Assembly (NCBI GenBank): GCA_036500145.1
Contig: DASYCO010000066.1
Span: 47,602-111,601 of the forward strand
From: Alphaproteobacteria bacterium
GTDB lineage: Bacteria; Pseudomonadota; Alphaproteobacteria; SMXQ01
DNA: 64,000 nt
Direction: 5' to 3'
The first letter of the stretch is position 1. The number at the start of each line of letters is the position of its first letter. This document shows positions 38,773 through 48,211 of this stretch, piece after piece. Both the position numbers and the translations under genes were made by a program. The notes beneath the pieces were generated by a model. The model saw only the letters and a program-made list of their open reading frames with translations. It ran no database searches and was not told the origin of the DNA.

Positions 38773-39687
38773 ATGGCCGTCAAATCCCCGGCAAAAGCCG
38801 CCTTGCTTGCAGTCATGAACAATCCAGCTCCCGATCCAGTCCTGGCGGCTCCAGCCGCCACATCCTCCTATGTGCCGCCGGTGGCCGAACGGCCGCTGCC
38901 GCCGCGCATCCGCCATATCGGGACGGTCAACTGGATCGGCCTCTGGGCGCTCTACCGCAAGGAAGTCTCGCGCTTCCTCGTGGTCTACAACCAGACCTTG
39001 GCGGCGCCGCTCGTCACGACCCTGCTGTTCCTCGCGGTCTTCACGCTGGCCCTCGGGCGCGGCGCGTCGGTGGTCGAAGGCGTGCCTTTCACGCTGTTCC
39101 TGGCGCCCGGCCTGATCATGATGTCGATGATCCAGAACGCCTTCGCCAACAGCTCGTCCTCCATCGTCTCCTCGAAGATGCAGGGCAACATCGTCGACGT
39201 GCTGATGGCGCCGCTGACGCCCTTCGAGCAGACCATGGGCTACGCGCTGGGCGGCATGACGCGCGGCCTGCTGGTCGGCTGCGTCGTCGCCGGCGCCATG
39301 GAGCTGTTCGTCGGCCTGACGGTGCACAACGTCGCGATCCTGCTCTTCTACGCCGTTGGCGCGACGCTGATGCTGTCGCTGCTTGGCGTCGCGGGCGGCG
39401 TCTGGTCGCAGAAGCACGAGCAGATGTCGATGGTGAGCAACTTCATCATCACGCCTTGCGCCTTCCTGTCGGGCACCTTCTACTCGATCGACCGTCTGCC
39501 GGGCCTGTGGAACCTTGCCGCCCATCTGAACCCGTTCTTCTACCTGATCGACGGCTTCCGCTATGGCCTGATCGGCCTGACCGAGGGCAACCTGGCCATC
39601 GGGGCCGCGGTCGTGGTGTTCGCCAACATGGCCCTCTGGGGCCTCTGTCACTGGATGTTCGCGTCCGGTTACCGCCTCAGGGCCTGA
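38773..39687 (+). CDS. ABC-2 type transporter permease; no ATPase gene adjacent
   Basis: ABC-2 pattern LYRKEVSRFLVVYNQTLAAPLVTTLLFLAVF...FLSGTFYSIDRLPGLW...NPFFYLIDGFRYG. The start is uncertain: ATG 38773 or ATG 38815. Confidence 0.75.
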   Translation: MAVKSPAKAALLAVMNNPAPDPVLAAPAATSSYVPPVAERPLPPRIRHIGTVNWIGLWALYRKEVSRFLVVYNQTLAAPLVTTLLFLAVFTLALGRGASVVEGVPFTLFLAPGLIMMSMIQNAFANSSSSIVSSKMQGNIVDVLMAPLTPFEQTMGYALGGMTRGLLVGCVVAGAMELFVGLTVHNVAILLFYAVGATLMLSLLGVAGGVWSQKHEQMSMVSNFIITPCAFLSGTFYSIDRLPGLWNLAAHLNPFFYLIDGFRYGLIGLTEGNLAIGAAVVVFANMALWGLCHWMFASGYRLRA

Positions 39688-39739
39688 TCCGGGCGTCCAA
39701 AAGCCCGGAAAACCGCCGTTTTTCGCCCGTTTCCGGGCG

Positions 39740-39768
39740 TTGACAGGCCTTCCCGATCCACGGATACT
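39740..39768 (+). promoter_or_regulatory. candidate sigma-70 promoter for argD-argF
   Basis: TTGACA-N17-GATACT, read directly from the sequence, about 70 nt upstream of the argD start. Confidence 0.4.
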
Positions 39769-39835
39769 CACCGCTTTTCTTGCGGAACCCCCTGTGTATT
39801 TCGCCCGCGTCTTCGGGCGGAATGGAGTGCTATTC

Positions 39836-41008
39836 GTGATTTCTGCAGTGATGCCCGTCTACTCGCGTCCCGAACTCGCTTTCGAGCGGGGCGAAGGTGC
39901 TTACCTGTTCTCCACCGACGGCAAGCGATATCTCGATTTCTGCTCGGGCATCGCGGTCACCGCGTTCGGTCACGCCCATCCCTACATGGTGAAGGCGGTC
40001 GCCGACCAGGCGGCCAAGCTGTGGCACACCTCGAACGTGTTCCGCATACCGGGCCAGGAGCGCCTGGCGCAGCGCATGGTCGACGCCACCTTCGCCGACA
40101 CGGTGTTCTTCACGAACTCCGGCGCGGAAGCCGTCGAATGCGGCATCAAGGTCGTGCGCAAGTATTTCGACGAGATCGGCCAGCCCAACCGCTACCGCAT
40201 CATCACCTGCAACAACGCCTTCCACGGCCGCACCATGGCGACCATCGCCGCCGGCGGCCAGGAGAAGCTGCTGAAGGGCTTCGATCCCGTGGTTGACGGC
40301 TTCGACCATGTGCCGTTCGGCAACCTCAACGAGATGCGCAACGCCGTCGGTCCCGACACCGCCGCGATCCTGATCGAGCCGATCCAGGGCGAAGGCGGCA
40401 TCCGCGTCGCCGATCCGGACTACATGCGCGGCTTGCGCGCCATGTGCGACGAGTTCGGCCTGCTCCTGTTCCTCGACGAGGTCCAATGCGGCATGGGCCG
40501 CACCGGCAAGCTGTTCGCCCACGAATGGTACGGCATCAAGCCCGACGTCGTCGCGGCCGCGAAGGGCATCGGCGGCGGCTTCCCGCTCGGCGCCTGCCTG
40601 GCCACTGAGAAGGCTGCCGTCGGCATGACCTACGGCACGCACGGCAGCACCTATGGCGGCAATCCGCTCGCCATGGCCGTCGGCAACGCCGCCCTCGATC
40701 TCTTGATGGAGAAGGGCTTCCTCGACAACGTCGTGCGCATGGGCCAGGTGCTGGAGAAGCGCTTCGCTGCCGTCGCGGCCAAGCATCCCAAGGTGCTGGC
40801 CGGCGTGCGCGGCCAGGGCCTGCTGCGCGCCCTCGAATGCGTCATGCCCAATGCCGACGTGATCGCCGGCTTGCGGCGCAACGGCCTGATCACGGTGGCC
40901 GGCGGCGACAACGTCATCCGTCTGCTGCCGCCGCTAATCATCGACGAAAGCCACGTCGAAGAAGCGGCCGACATCATCACGCGCACCTGCGTCGAGCTGG
41001 AGGCGTAA
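39836..41008 (+). CDS. argD: acetylornithine aminotransferase
   Basis: Class-III aminotransferase: [59 protein letters not shown] 39836 has a GGAG 8 nt upstream; ATG 39851 is the alternative. Confidence 0.9.
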   Translation: MISAVMPVYSRPELAFERGEGAYLFSTDGKRYLDFCSGIAVTAFGHAHPYMVKAVADQAAKLWHTSNVFRIPGQERLAQRMVDATFADTVFFTNSGAEAVECGIKVVRKYFDEIGQPNRYRIITCNNAFHGRTMATIAAGGQEKLLKGFDPVVDGFDHVPFGNLNEMRNAVGPDTAAILIEPIQGEGGIRVADPDYMRGLRAMCDEFGLLLFLDEVQCGMGRTGKLFAHEWYGIKPDVVAAAKGIGGGFPLGACLATEKAAVGMTYGTHGSTYGGNPLAMAVGNAALDLLMEKGFLDNVVRMGQVLEKRFAAVAAKHPKVLAGVRGQGLLRALECVMPNADVIAGLRRNGLITVAGGDNVIRLLPPLIIDESHVEEAADIITRTCVELEA

Positions 41009-41009
41009 A

Positions 41010-42017
41010 ATGGCGGTCGCAAAGGCCATTATCGGCGGCAAGGATTCATCGTCGTCGTCGCGCGCGGCGGCGAAGGCCAAGCCGCGCCACTTCCTCGACC
41101 TCAAGGACTTCGACGGCGCGACGCTGCGCCGCATCCTCGACTGGGGCAAGGCCTACAAGGCCGGCGGCTCGCCTGCCGGCGCCCAATTCGGTTCGGCTGG
41201 GCCGCTCGCCGGCAAGACGATCGCGCTGATCTTCGAGAAGCCTTCGACGCGCACGCGCGTCTCCTTCGAGGTGGCGATGCGCCAGATGGGCGGCGACGTG
41301 GTCATCCTCGGCCAGGCGGATTCGCAGCTCGGCCGCGGCGAGACCATCGCCGACACGGCGCGCGTGCTGTCGCGCTACGTCGACGCCATCATGCTGCGCA
41401 CCGTCAGCGAGAAGCATCTCGCCGAGATGGCCGCCCACGCCAGCGTGCCGGTGATCAACGGCCTGACCGACCACGGCCATCCCTGCCAGCTCATGGCCGA
41501 CCTGATGACCTTCGAGGAGCACAAGGGCTCCATCGCCGGCCGCACCGTCGCCTGGCTCGGCGACGGCAACAACGTGGCCGAGTCCTGGATCCACGCCGCC
41601 GCCCGCTTCGGCTTCAGCCTGCGGCTCGCGACCCCGGCCTCCTGCAAGCCGCCAGAGGCGACGCTCGCCTGGGCGCGCAAGGAGAAGGCCGACGTGACGC
41701 TGAGCGACGACCCGCTGGCCGCCGCGCGCGGCGCCGACTGCGTGGTGACGGACACCTGGCTCTCCATGTCGAGCGGCAACGCGCCGGACCTCGACCGCGA
41801 CGCGCGGCTCGCGGCCCTGGCGCCCTACCGGGTCGACGAGAAGGTCATGGCCGCCGCCGCGCCCGCCGCCATCTTCATGCACTGCCTGCCGGCCAACCGC
41901 GAGCGCGAGGTCGCCGCGGCGGTCATCGACGGCCCGCAGTCGGCCGTGTGGGACGAGGCGGAAAACCGCGTCCACGCCCAGAAGGGCGTGCTGCACTGGT
42001 GCCTGGCGCAGGCCTGA
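41010..42017 (+). CDS. argF: ornithine carbamoyltransferase
   Basis: [29 protein letters not shown] motifs. Confidence 0.93.
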   Translation: MAVAKAIIGGKDSSSSSRAAAKAKPRHFLDLKDFDGATLRRILDWGKAYKAGGSPAGAQFGSAGPLAGKTIALIFEKPSTRTRVSFEVAMRQMGGDVVILGQADSQLGRGETIADTARVLSRYVDAIMLRTVSEKHLAEMAAHASVPVINGLTDHGHPCQLMADLMTFEEHKGSIAGRTVAWLGDGNNVAESWIHAAARFGFSLRLATPASCKPPEATLAWARKEKADVTLSDDPLAAARGADCVVTDTWLSMSSGNAPDLDRDARLAALAPYRVDEKVMAAAAPAAIFMHCLPANREREVAAAVIDGPQSAVWDEAENRVHAQKGVLHWCLAQA

Positions 42018-42066
42018 GCGGCGCTTCCGTCGGGCCGGCCTCGCCGGACCCGGCCTTCGATTCCAG

Positions 42067-42106
42067 GGCGGGCCGCTCCATCTCAGGGCGGCCCGCCTTG
42101 AATTTT
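42067..42106 (+). terminator. putative terminator after argF
   Basis: 10-bp stem GGCGGGCCGC / GCGGCCCGCC with an 11-nt loop, followed by TTGAATTTT. Confidence 0.5.
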
Positions 42107-42192
42107 CCGGCTCGCGGCGCCATTTGGGCTCTTCTTGTCCGCTTTCGCATCAGCTGGCTTCGCGCCATCCGGCCCTTTATCCGCAGGTTTCC

Positions 42193-43170
42193 ATGACCGA
42201 TTCCGCCCCCCTCGGCGATCTCATCCAGCCCTTCCAGGTCGAGCGCTACGGCCTGCGCGGCCGCCTCGTGCGGCTCGGCGCCGTCGCCGACGACGTGCTC
42301 GGCCGCCATGACTATCCGGAACCCGTCGCCGGCATGCTCGGCCAGATGATGGCCATCGCGGCGGCGCTGGCCGGCGCCCTGAAGTACGAGGGCGTCTTCA
42401 CCCTGCAGACCCAGGGCAACGGCCCCATCCGCCTGATGGTCGCCGACGTGACGAGCAACGGCGACATGCGCGCCTACGCCCAGTTCGACGCGGCCGAGGT
42501 CGCGCATCTCGAAGCCCTGGGCACCGGCGGCATCTCGGTGCCGCAGTGGCTCGGCGCGGGCCATCTTGCCTTCACCGTCGACCAGGGCCCCGACACCGAG
42601 CGCTACCAGGGCATCGTCGAGCTCGACGGCATGACCTTGGCCGAATGCGTGCATCACTACTTCCGCCAGTCCGAGCAGATCGACGCGGCGCTCAAGGTCG
42701 CCATCGAGCATGTTCCGGGCGAGGCCGCGCAGGGCGGCGGCTGGCGCGTCGGCGCCCTGATGATCCAGCGCGTGCCGAAGACGGGCGGCGTCGACGACGA
42801 GGGCGCGCCCATGCCGGCCAGCCTGCTCGACGACGACGAGCGCGAGGAAGGCTGGCGCGAGGCCATCATCCTGATGGGCAGCGCCACCAGCGACGAGCTG
42901 ACCGGCGGCGACGTCGCGCCCGACAAGCTGCTCTACCGCCTGTTCCACGAGCCCGGCGTGCGCGTCTTCAAGACCATGCGGCTGCAGTCCGCCTGCCGCT
43001 GCTCGCAGGACCGCGTCGTCACCATGCTGCGCTCCTTCCCCAAGGACCAGATCGCCGACATGATGGTCGACGGCCATGTCGACGTGACCTGCGAGTTCTG
43101 CCGGCGCAACTACCGCTTCGACCAGGCGCTGCTCGACAGCCTCTATGCCGAAGAAGGCTCCGCTGGCTGA
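42193..43170 (+). CDS. hslO: Hsp33-family redox-regulated chaperone
   Basis: C-terminal zinc/redox switch CRCSQDRV...CEFCRRNY. ATG 42193 (MTDSAPLGDL) is chosen. Confidence 0.88.
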   Translation: MTDSAPLGDLIQPFQVERYGLRGRLVRLGAVADDVLGRHDYPEPVAGMLGQMMAIAAALAGALKYEGVFTLQTQGNGPIRLMVADVTSNGDMRAYAQFDAAEVAHLEALGTGGISVPQWLGAGHLAFTVDQGPDTERYQGIVELDGMTLAECVHHYFRQSEQIDAALKVAIEHVPGEAAQGGGWRVGALMIQRVPKTGGVDDEGAPMPASLLDDDEREEGWREAIILMGSATSDELTGGDVAPDKLLYRLFHEPGVRVFKTMRLQSACRCSQDRVVTMLRSFPKDQIADMMVDGHVDVTCEFCRRNYRFDQALLDSLYAEEGSAG

Positions 43171-43279
43171 CCGGCGAGCGTCGTCCGCATTGCAGTTTGA
43201 CCGTGTCCGGGTGAAAATGCCGCCGCCCAGAACAGGTGGCATTCCGGCGCCCTGGCGCCTCGTAACGGAGACGCGGTTC

Positions 43280-43903
43280 ATGACGATGTCCTTCCCCCGG
43301 TTCGGCGGCGCGATGAGCCGTCTCGCGCGCGGCGCGGTCCTCGTGGCCGCGGTGGCGCTCGCCGGCTGCTCGACGAAGCCGGCGCCGCAGCAGAGCTATC
43401 CGGAGCTGACCTACGGCCATTACGGGGTGATCAACCTCGACGTGGCGCGCATCGAATTCACCAACAGCTACGTGCCGCCGCTGCGCGACCCCAACGTCGA
43501 GCACCGCGCGCCGGCCAACCCGAGCGTCGTCATGGAGCGCTGGACGCGCGACCGGCTGCGCGCCGTCGGCACCACCGGCGAGGCGCGTGTCGTGCTGCGC
43601 GACGCCAAGATCATCGAGAACCGCCTGGCGGTGCAGGGCGGCGTGCAGGGCATGTTCAACACCGACCAGGGCTTCCGCTACGACGCCAGCATGCAGGTCG
43701 AGATCCAGATCCGCGACAACGCCGGCGTGCAGCGCGCCTTCACCACGGTGCAGGCGGCGCGTTCCAAGACGGCCGCGGAGAACGTGACCCTGGCGGAGAA
43801 GGACAAGGTGCTGTTCGACCTCGTCGAGGCGACGATGACCGAGATCAACGGCGAGCTGGAAAAGAACATCCGCCAGTACCTCGGGCCTTACGTCCGCCCG
43901 TAA
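43280..43903 (+). CDS. hypothetical lipoprotein (207 aa)
   Basis: Lipobox LVAAVALAGCSTK. A GGAG lies 9 nt upstream of ATG 43280. No family recognised. Confidence 0.6.
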   Translation: MTMSFPRFGGAMSRLARGAVLVAAVALAGCSTKPAPQQSYPELTYGHYGVINLDVARIEFTNSYVPPLRDPNVEHRAPANPSVVMERWTRDRLRAVGTTGEARVVLRDAKIIENRLAVQGGVQGMFNTDQGFRYDASMQVEIQIRDNAGVQRAFTTVQAARSKTAAENVTLAEKDKVLFDLVEATMTEINGELEKNIRQYLGPYVRP

Positions 43904-43939
43904 GGCGTTTTCACGGCCCAGACCCGGACTGCTCCGGCT

Positions 43940-44105
43940 AGCGGCTAGTGCCGCGAGGCCCCCAATGCGACCGCAGGCCGTGAGCTTGGCGGCTCGTGCC
44001 GCCAGAACCCCATTGCGACCGCAGGTCGTGGGCTTGGCGGCTAGTGCCGCCAGAACCCCATTGCGACCGTAGGTCGTGGGCTTGGCGGCTAGTGCCGCCA
44101 GAACC
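43940..44105. repeat. 48-bp tandem repeat: three full units plus a 22-nt partial unit that forms the 3' end of trkH
   Basis: Units at 43940-43987 (diverged), 43988-44035 and 44036-44083, plus a partial unit at 44084-44105. Each unit carries the hairpins GGCGGC-TAGT-GCCGCC and CGACC-GCA-GGTCG. Confidence 0.9.
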
Positions 44106-45540
44106 AAGGCGTCAGCACCACGATCAGGGCCATGAACTCCAGGCGCCCGAGCAGCATGCCGATGGCGAGCAGAAATTTCGCCCCGTCGGGGACCGCCGCG
44201 AAATTCCCGGCGGGGCCGATCAGTTGGCCGAGGCCCGGCCCCACGTTGCCGAGCGCCGTCGCGGCGCCCGAGGCGGCGGTGACGAAATCGAGGCCGAACA
44301 GGCCGAGGGCCGTCGCCAGAGCCGCGAACGACATCAGGTAGATGAACAGGAAGGTCAATACGGAAAGCGCCACGCTTTCGGTGATCTCGCGCTGCTGGTA
44401 CATGGGCACGAAGACGCCGTGCGGCTGCAGCAGCCGGCGCATCTGCGACTTGGCCACGGCAAACAGCACCTGAAAGCGAAATATCTTGATGCCGCCGGTC
44501 GTCGAGCCCGTGCAGCCGCCGACGAAGGTCAGAAAGAAGAAGACGGCGACGGGAAAGCCGCCCCAGGTGCTGTAGTCGGTGGTGGCGAAGCCCGTCGTGC
44601 TGATGATGGTGACGACGCTGAACGTGACGTAGCGCAGCGCGGTGAGCGGCGGCATGTCGTTGACGAGCCATTGCCAGAGGGTCAGGCCGAGCGCGACGAA
44701 GGCGATGAAGCCGAGGAAGCCGCGTATCTGCTCGCTGCGCCAGAGGACGCTGATGCGGCCCTGAAGGGCCGTGATGTAGAGCGGAAACGTCAGCGCGCCG
44801 AGGAGGGTGAAGAAGGTCACCAGCACGTCGATCAGCGGGCTGTCGAACTTGCCCACCGAGGAATCCGACGTGGAGAAGCCGCCGGTCGAAAGCGTCGCCA
44901 TCATGTGGCAGACGGCGTCGAAGAAGCTCATGCCTGCCGCCCAGTAAGCCAAGGTGCAGATCACCGACAGGCCGAGGTAGATGTTGAGGATGGTGCTGGC
45001 GAACTGCGTCGCGCGCGGCATCACCTTCTCCGAGCGGTCGGAGGATTCCATGCGAAAGAGCTGCATGCCGCCGACGCGCAGCATCGGCAGGATGGCGATC
45101 GCCATGGCGATGATGCCGATGCCGCCGAGCCAATGGAGGATCGCGCGCCACAGCAGGATTCCGGCCGGCCGCGTGTCGAGGTGCGAGATCACCGTCGAGC
45201 CCGTCGTGGTCAGGCCGGAGACCGATTCGAAGAACGAATCGACGTAGTCCATCTCCAGGCTGGAAAAGAAGAACGGCAAGGCCGCGAAGACGCAGATGGA
45301 GACCCAGCTCAGGGCCGTGAGCAGGAAGGCGTGGTGAATGGTCATCTTGACGTCGCGCGAGGTGCGCGTCGCGAGGGCCAGGCAGCTGCCGAAGAAGCCG
45401 GTGACGGCGGCGGCGCCGGCGAAGACCGCCCAGTCCTGGTCGCCGTAGGCGGCGTCGACGACGGCCGGAACGGCCATGGCCACGGCCAGCGTGGCGAGCA
45501 GCATGCCGACGACGAAGAGAACTGGCCGGTAGTCGCGCAT
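44089..45540 (-). CDS. trkH: TrkH-family potassium uptake protein
   Basis: Polytopic membrane protein with TrkH-type repeated pore motifs (TTTGSTV, LSTGGFS, TTGFAT, GSTTGGIK). Confidence 0.9.
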   Translation of the reverse strand: MRDYRPVLFVVGMLLATLAVAMAVPAVVDAAYGDQDWAVFAGAAAVTGFFGSCLALATRTSRDVKMTIHHAFLLTALSWVSICVFAALPFFFSSLEMDYVDSFFESVSGLTTTGSTVISHLDTRPAGILLWRAILHWLGGIGIIAMAIAILPMLRVGGMQLFRMESSDRSEKVMPRATQFASTILNIYLGLSVICTLAYWAAGMSFFDAVCHMMATLSTGGFSTSDSSVGKFDSPLIDVLVTFFTLLGALTFPLYITALQGRISVLWRSEQIRGFLGFIAFVALGLTLWQWLVNDMPPLTALRYVTFSVVTIISTTGFATTDYSTWGGFPVAVFFFLTFVGGCTGSTTGGIKIFRFQVLFAVAKSQMRRLLQPHGVFVPMYQQREITESVALSVLTFLFIYLMSFAALATALGLFGLDFVTAASGAATALGNVGPGLGQLIGPAGNFAAVPDGAKFLLAIGMLLGRLEFMALIVVLTPWFWRH

Positions 45541-45568
45541 GGTCGGACCGCTCCGCCTGCCGCTGGGA

Positions 45569-46282
45569 TCAGACGTTGGTCAGCAATGTGCCGCTGGGAT
45601 TGCCGATCATGGCGAGGAATTCGCGCCGCGTCTTGTCGTCGGTGCGGAACACGCCGAGCATCTTGCTGGTCACCATGGCGACGCCCGGCTTGTGCACGCC
45701 GCGCGTGGTCATGCACTGGTGCGCCGCCTCGATGACGACGGCGACGCCGCGCGGATGCAGCACGTCCTGGATGGTGTTGGCGATCTGCGCCGTCATCTTT
45801 TCCTGGATCTGCAGGCGCTTGGCGTAGGCTTCGAGCACGCGGGCGAGCTTGCTGATGCCGACGACGCGCTTGTTGGGCAGGTAGCCGATGTGGGCCTTGC
45901 CGATGATCGGCACGAGATGGTGCTCGCAGTGGCTTTCGAAGCGGATGTCGCGCAGCACGACCATCTCGTCGTAGCCCTCGATCTCCTCGAAGGTGCGCGC
46001 CAGGATGGCCTCGGCGTCGACGTCGTAGCCGGCGAAGAACTCGCCGTAGGCGCGGGCGACGCGGTCGGGGGTGCCGAGCAGGCCTTCGCGCGTCGGGTCG
46101 TCGCCGGCCCAGCGCAGCAGCACGCGGACGGCGTCTTCCGCCTCGTCCCTGGTCGGACGGCGCGGCATGAGGTTCTTCAGCACGGCCCCCTTCGCAAGGG
46201 CCTTCTTGGCAACGGCCTTCTTCGGCGCAGCTTTGTGGGACGCGGGCGTCTTGCTCGCGCGCTTCGCGGGGGCCTTGCTCAT
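45569..46282 (-). CDS. folE: GTP cyclohydrolase I FolE, with a Lys/Ala-rich N-terminal extension
   Basis: Core motifs [37 protein letters not shown] 46282 has an AAGGA upstream. The internal ATG 46168 would remove the KA-rich tail. Confidence 0.88.
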   Translation of the reverse strand: MSKAPAKRASKTPASHKAAPKKAVAKKALAKGAVLKNLMPRRPTRDEAEDAVRVLLRWAGDDPTREGLLGTPDRVARAYGEFFAGYDVDAEAILARTFEEIEGYDEMVVLRDIRFESHCEHHLVPIIGKAHIGYLPNKRVVGISKLARVLEAYAKRLQIQEKMTAQIANTIQDVLHPRGVAVVIEAAHQCMTTRGVHKPGVAMVTSKMLGVFRTDDKTRREFLAMIGNPSGTLLTNV

Positions 46283-46359
46283 GAGGGGAGTCCTTTTCGT
46301 CTGCGCCGTCCGACGGCGGCGGATGGGCGCGTCAGTCGCGCCGGCCTGTCTCCGGCCGG

Positions 46360-46752
46360 CTAATTGACTCGAATCGTCTGGTGCGGGCTGTCGAGCGAGA
46401 AGGCGGGGATCGCCACTTCCATCTCGCGTCCGCCTTCCAGTTCCATGAAGTAGCTGCCGACCATGATGCCGGAGGGCGTGGTGAGCGGGGTGCCGCTCGT
46501 GTATTCGAAGGATTCGCCGGGTTCCAGCACCGGCTGTTCGCCGATCACGCCGTCGCCGCGCACTTCCTGGGTGCGGCCGAAGGAATCGGTGATGCGCCAG
46601 TGGCGGCGGCGCAGCTGCACCGTCACCAGGCCCTTGTTCTCGATGCGGACGTGATAGGCCCAGACGAAGCGATGCTCCCGAGGAGCGGACTGGTCTTCGA
46701 GGTAGGTGGGCTTGACCGTGACCTGGATCGAGTTGGTCGTCTCGGAATACAT
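46360..46752 (-). CDS. apaG: ApaG (DUF525) protein
   Basis: Full-length ApaG pattern: [13 protein letters not shown]...[13 protein letters not shown]...[12 protein letters not shown]...[19 protein letters not shown]. Confidence 0.9.
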   Translation of the reverse strand: MYSETTNSIQVTVKPTYLEDQSAPREHRFVWAYHVRIENKGLVTVQLRRRHWRITDSFGRTQEVRGDGVIGEQPVLEPGESFEYTSGTPLTTPSGIMVGSYFMELEGGREMEVAIPAFSLDSPHQTIRVN

Positions 46753-46923
46753 GGCGAATCCTTTGGGCCGCGCCGGCAGTGGAACGGTCGTCCTGGCGGG
46801 CGCGGCGTCGTAGAGGGTTATTCTACGACGCCGCCACCCATTGTCCAGGCGCTAAACCCCGGAAAAGACGCGTTTCCAGCCGCGTGGAGCCGCTGGTTCT
46901 TGCGCTGCAGCAAGCTGCGCCGG

Positions 46924-48138
46924 CTAGCCGCGCGAGGCGACGTCGAGCGCCTGGGCCAGGTCGTCGACGATGTCGGCGGCGTCTTCCAGGCCGACCGAGA
47001 GGCGGACCAGGCCGGCGCTGATGCCGAGCTTGGCGCGTTCTTCCTCGGGCAGGCGCTGGTGCGTCGTCGTCGCCGGATGGTTGATCAGGCTCTTGGCGTC
47101 GCCCAGGTTGTTCGACACGTCGATCATCTTCAGCGCGTTGAGGAAGCGGAAGGTGGCCGCCTTGCCGCCCGCCACCTCGAAGGCGATGATGCTGCCCGGC
47201 GCGCTCATCTGCTTCATGGCGAGCTCGTGCTGCGGATGGCTCTTCAGGCCCGGATAGAGCGTGCGCGACACGTCCTTGCGCGTCTCCAGGAAGGCGGCCG
47301 CCGCGCTCGCGTTGGCGCAGTGGCGCTGCATGCGCAGGTCGAGCGTCTCCAGGCCCTTCAGCAGGGTCCAGGCGTTGAACGGGCTGAGCGACGGGCCGGT
47401 GTGGCGCACGAACATGCGCAGCTGCTCGTCCATGTAGTCGCCGTGGCTGCCGAGGATGGCGCCGCCGAGCACGCGGCCCTGGCCGTCGATGTGCTTGGTC
47501 GCCGAATAGACCACCACGTCGGCGCCGAGCTCCAGCGGCTTCTGCAGCATCGGGCTGGCGAAGACGTTGTCGACGATGACGGTGGCGCCGGCGGCATGCG
47601 CCATGGCGGCGACCTTGGGCAGGTCGACGACTTCGAGCGTCGGGTTCGACGGCGTCTCGAGGAAGATCGCCTTCGTCGGCTTCGACAGCGCCTGTTCCCA
47701 CTGCTTCAGGTCGGTGCCGTCGACGATCACCGTCTCGACGCCGTAGCGCGGCAGGATGTCCGTGAGGATGTAGAGGCAGGAGCCGAACAGCGCGCGCGGG
47801 CCGACCACGCGGTCGCCGGCGCGCACGAAGCTGGCGAGCGCCGCGAACACGGCGCTCATGCCGCTGGCGGTGGCGCGGCAGACCTCGGCGCCTTCGAGCA
47901 GCGCCATGCGCTCCTCGAACATGGCCACCGTCGGGTTGGAGAAGCGCGAGTAGATGTAGCGCTGCGTCTTGCCCTGGAAGGCGGACTCGGCGTCCTCGGC
48001 GTTCTCGTAGACGTAGCCGGAGGTGGCGAAGATCGCCTCGCTGGTCTCCTGGAACTGCGAACGCTTGAGGCCGCCGCGGATCAGCTTGGTGGCGGGCCGC
48101 CAGTTCGGGTTGGCGGGCGGGGCGGTGTCTTTCGCCAT
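46924..48138 (-). CDS. metZ: O-succinylhomoserine sulfhydrylase (Cys/Met-metabolism PLP enzyme)
   Basis: Family motifs YSRFSNPTV, SATKHIDGQGR (PLP lysine), INHPATTTH. The apaG-metZ neighbourhood is typical of alphaproteobacteria. Confidence 0.85.
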   Translation of the reverse strand: MAKDTAPPANPNWRPATKLIRGGLKRSQFQETSEAIFATSGYVYENAEDAESAFQGKTQRYIYSRFSNPTVAMFEERMALLEGAEVCRATASGMSAVFAALASFVRAGDRVVGPRALFGSCLYILTDILPRYGVETVIVDGTDLKQWEQALSKPTKAIFLETPSNPTLEVVDLPKVAAMAHAAGATVIVDNVFASPMLQKPLELGADVVVYSATKHIDGQGRVLGGAILGSHGDYMDEQLRMFVRHTGPSLSPFNAWTLLKGLETLDLRMQRHCANASAAAAFLETRKDVSRTLYPGLKSHPQHELAMKQMSAPGSIIAFEVAGGKAATFRFLNALKMIDVSNNLGDAKSLINHPATTTHQRLPEEERAKLGISAGLVRLSVGLEDAADIVDDLAQALDVASRG

Positions 48139-48183
48139 GGTCGATCTCCTCAGCCGGCGCGCCCAGGACGGGGACCGGACAAC

Positions 48184-48211
48184 AAAAAAGCCCTGCCGAT
48201 GAGGTCAGGGC
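48184..48211 (-). terminator. intrinsic-terminator-like hairpin inside the metZ 5' leader (candidate attenuator or riboswitch expression platform)
   Basis: The minus-strand RNA reads GCCCUG-N10-CAGGGC followed by UUUUUUGUUG, ending about 46 nt upstream of the metZ ATG. There is no same-strand gene upstream for it to terminate. Confidence 0.55.

Noticed and set aside
43940-44105. Possible CRISPR array (regularly spaced hairpin-containing repeats).
   Set aside because: The units are directly contiguous with no unique spacers, there are only about 3.5 copies, and there are no cas genes in the window. It is a plain tandem repeat.
43019-45735. Very long ORFs 43019-45151 (minus, 710 aa) and 43996-45735 (plus, 579 aa).
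   Set aside because: These are high-GC shadow frames across hslO, the tandem repeat and trkH. Their composition is Arg/Gly/Ala/Pro-dominated, and they conflict with strongly supported genes.
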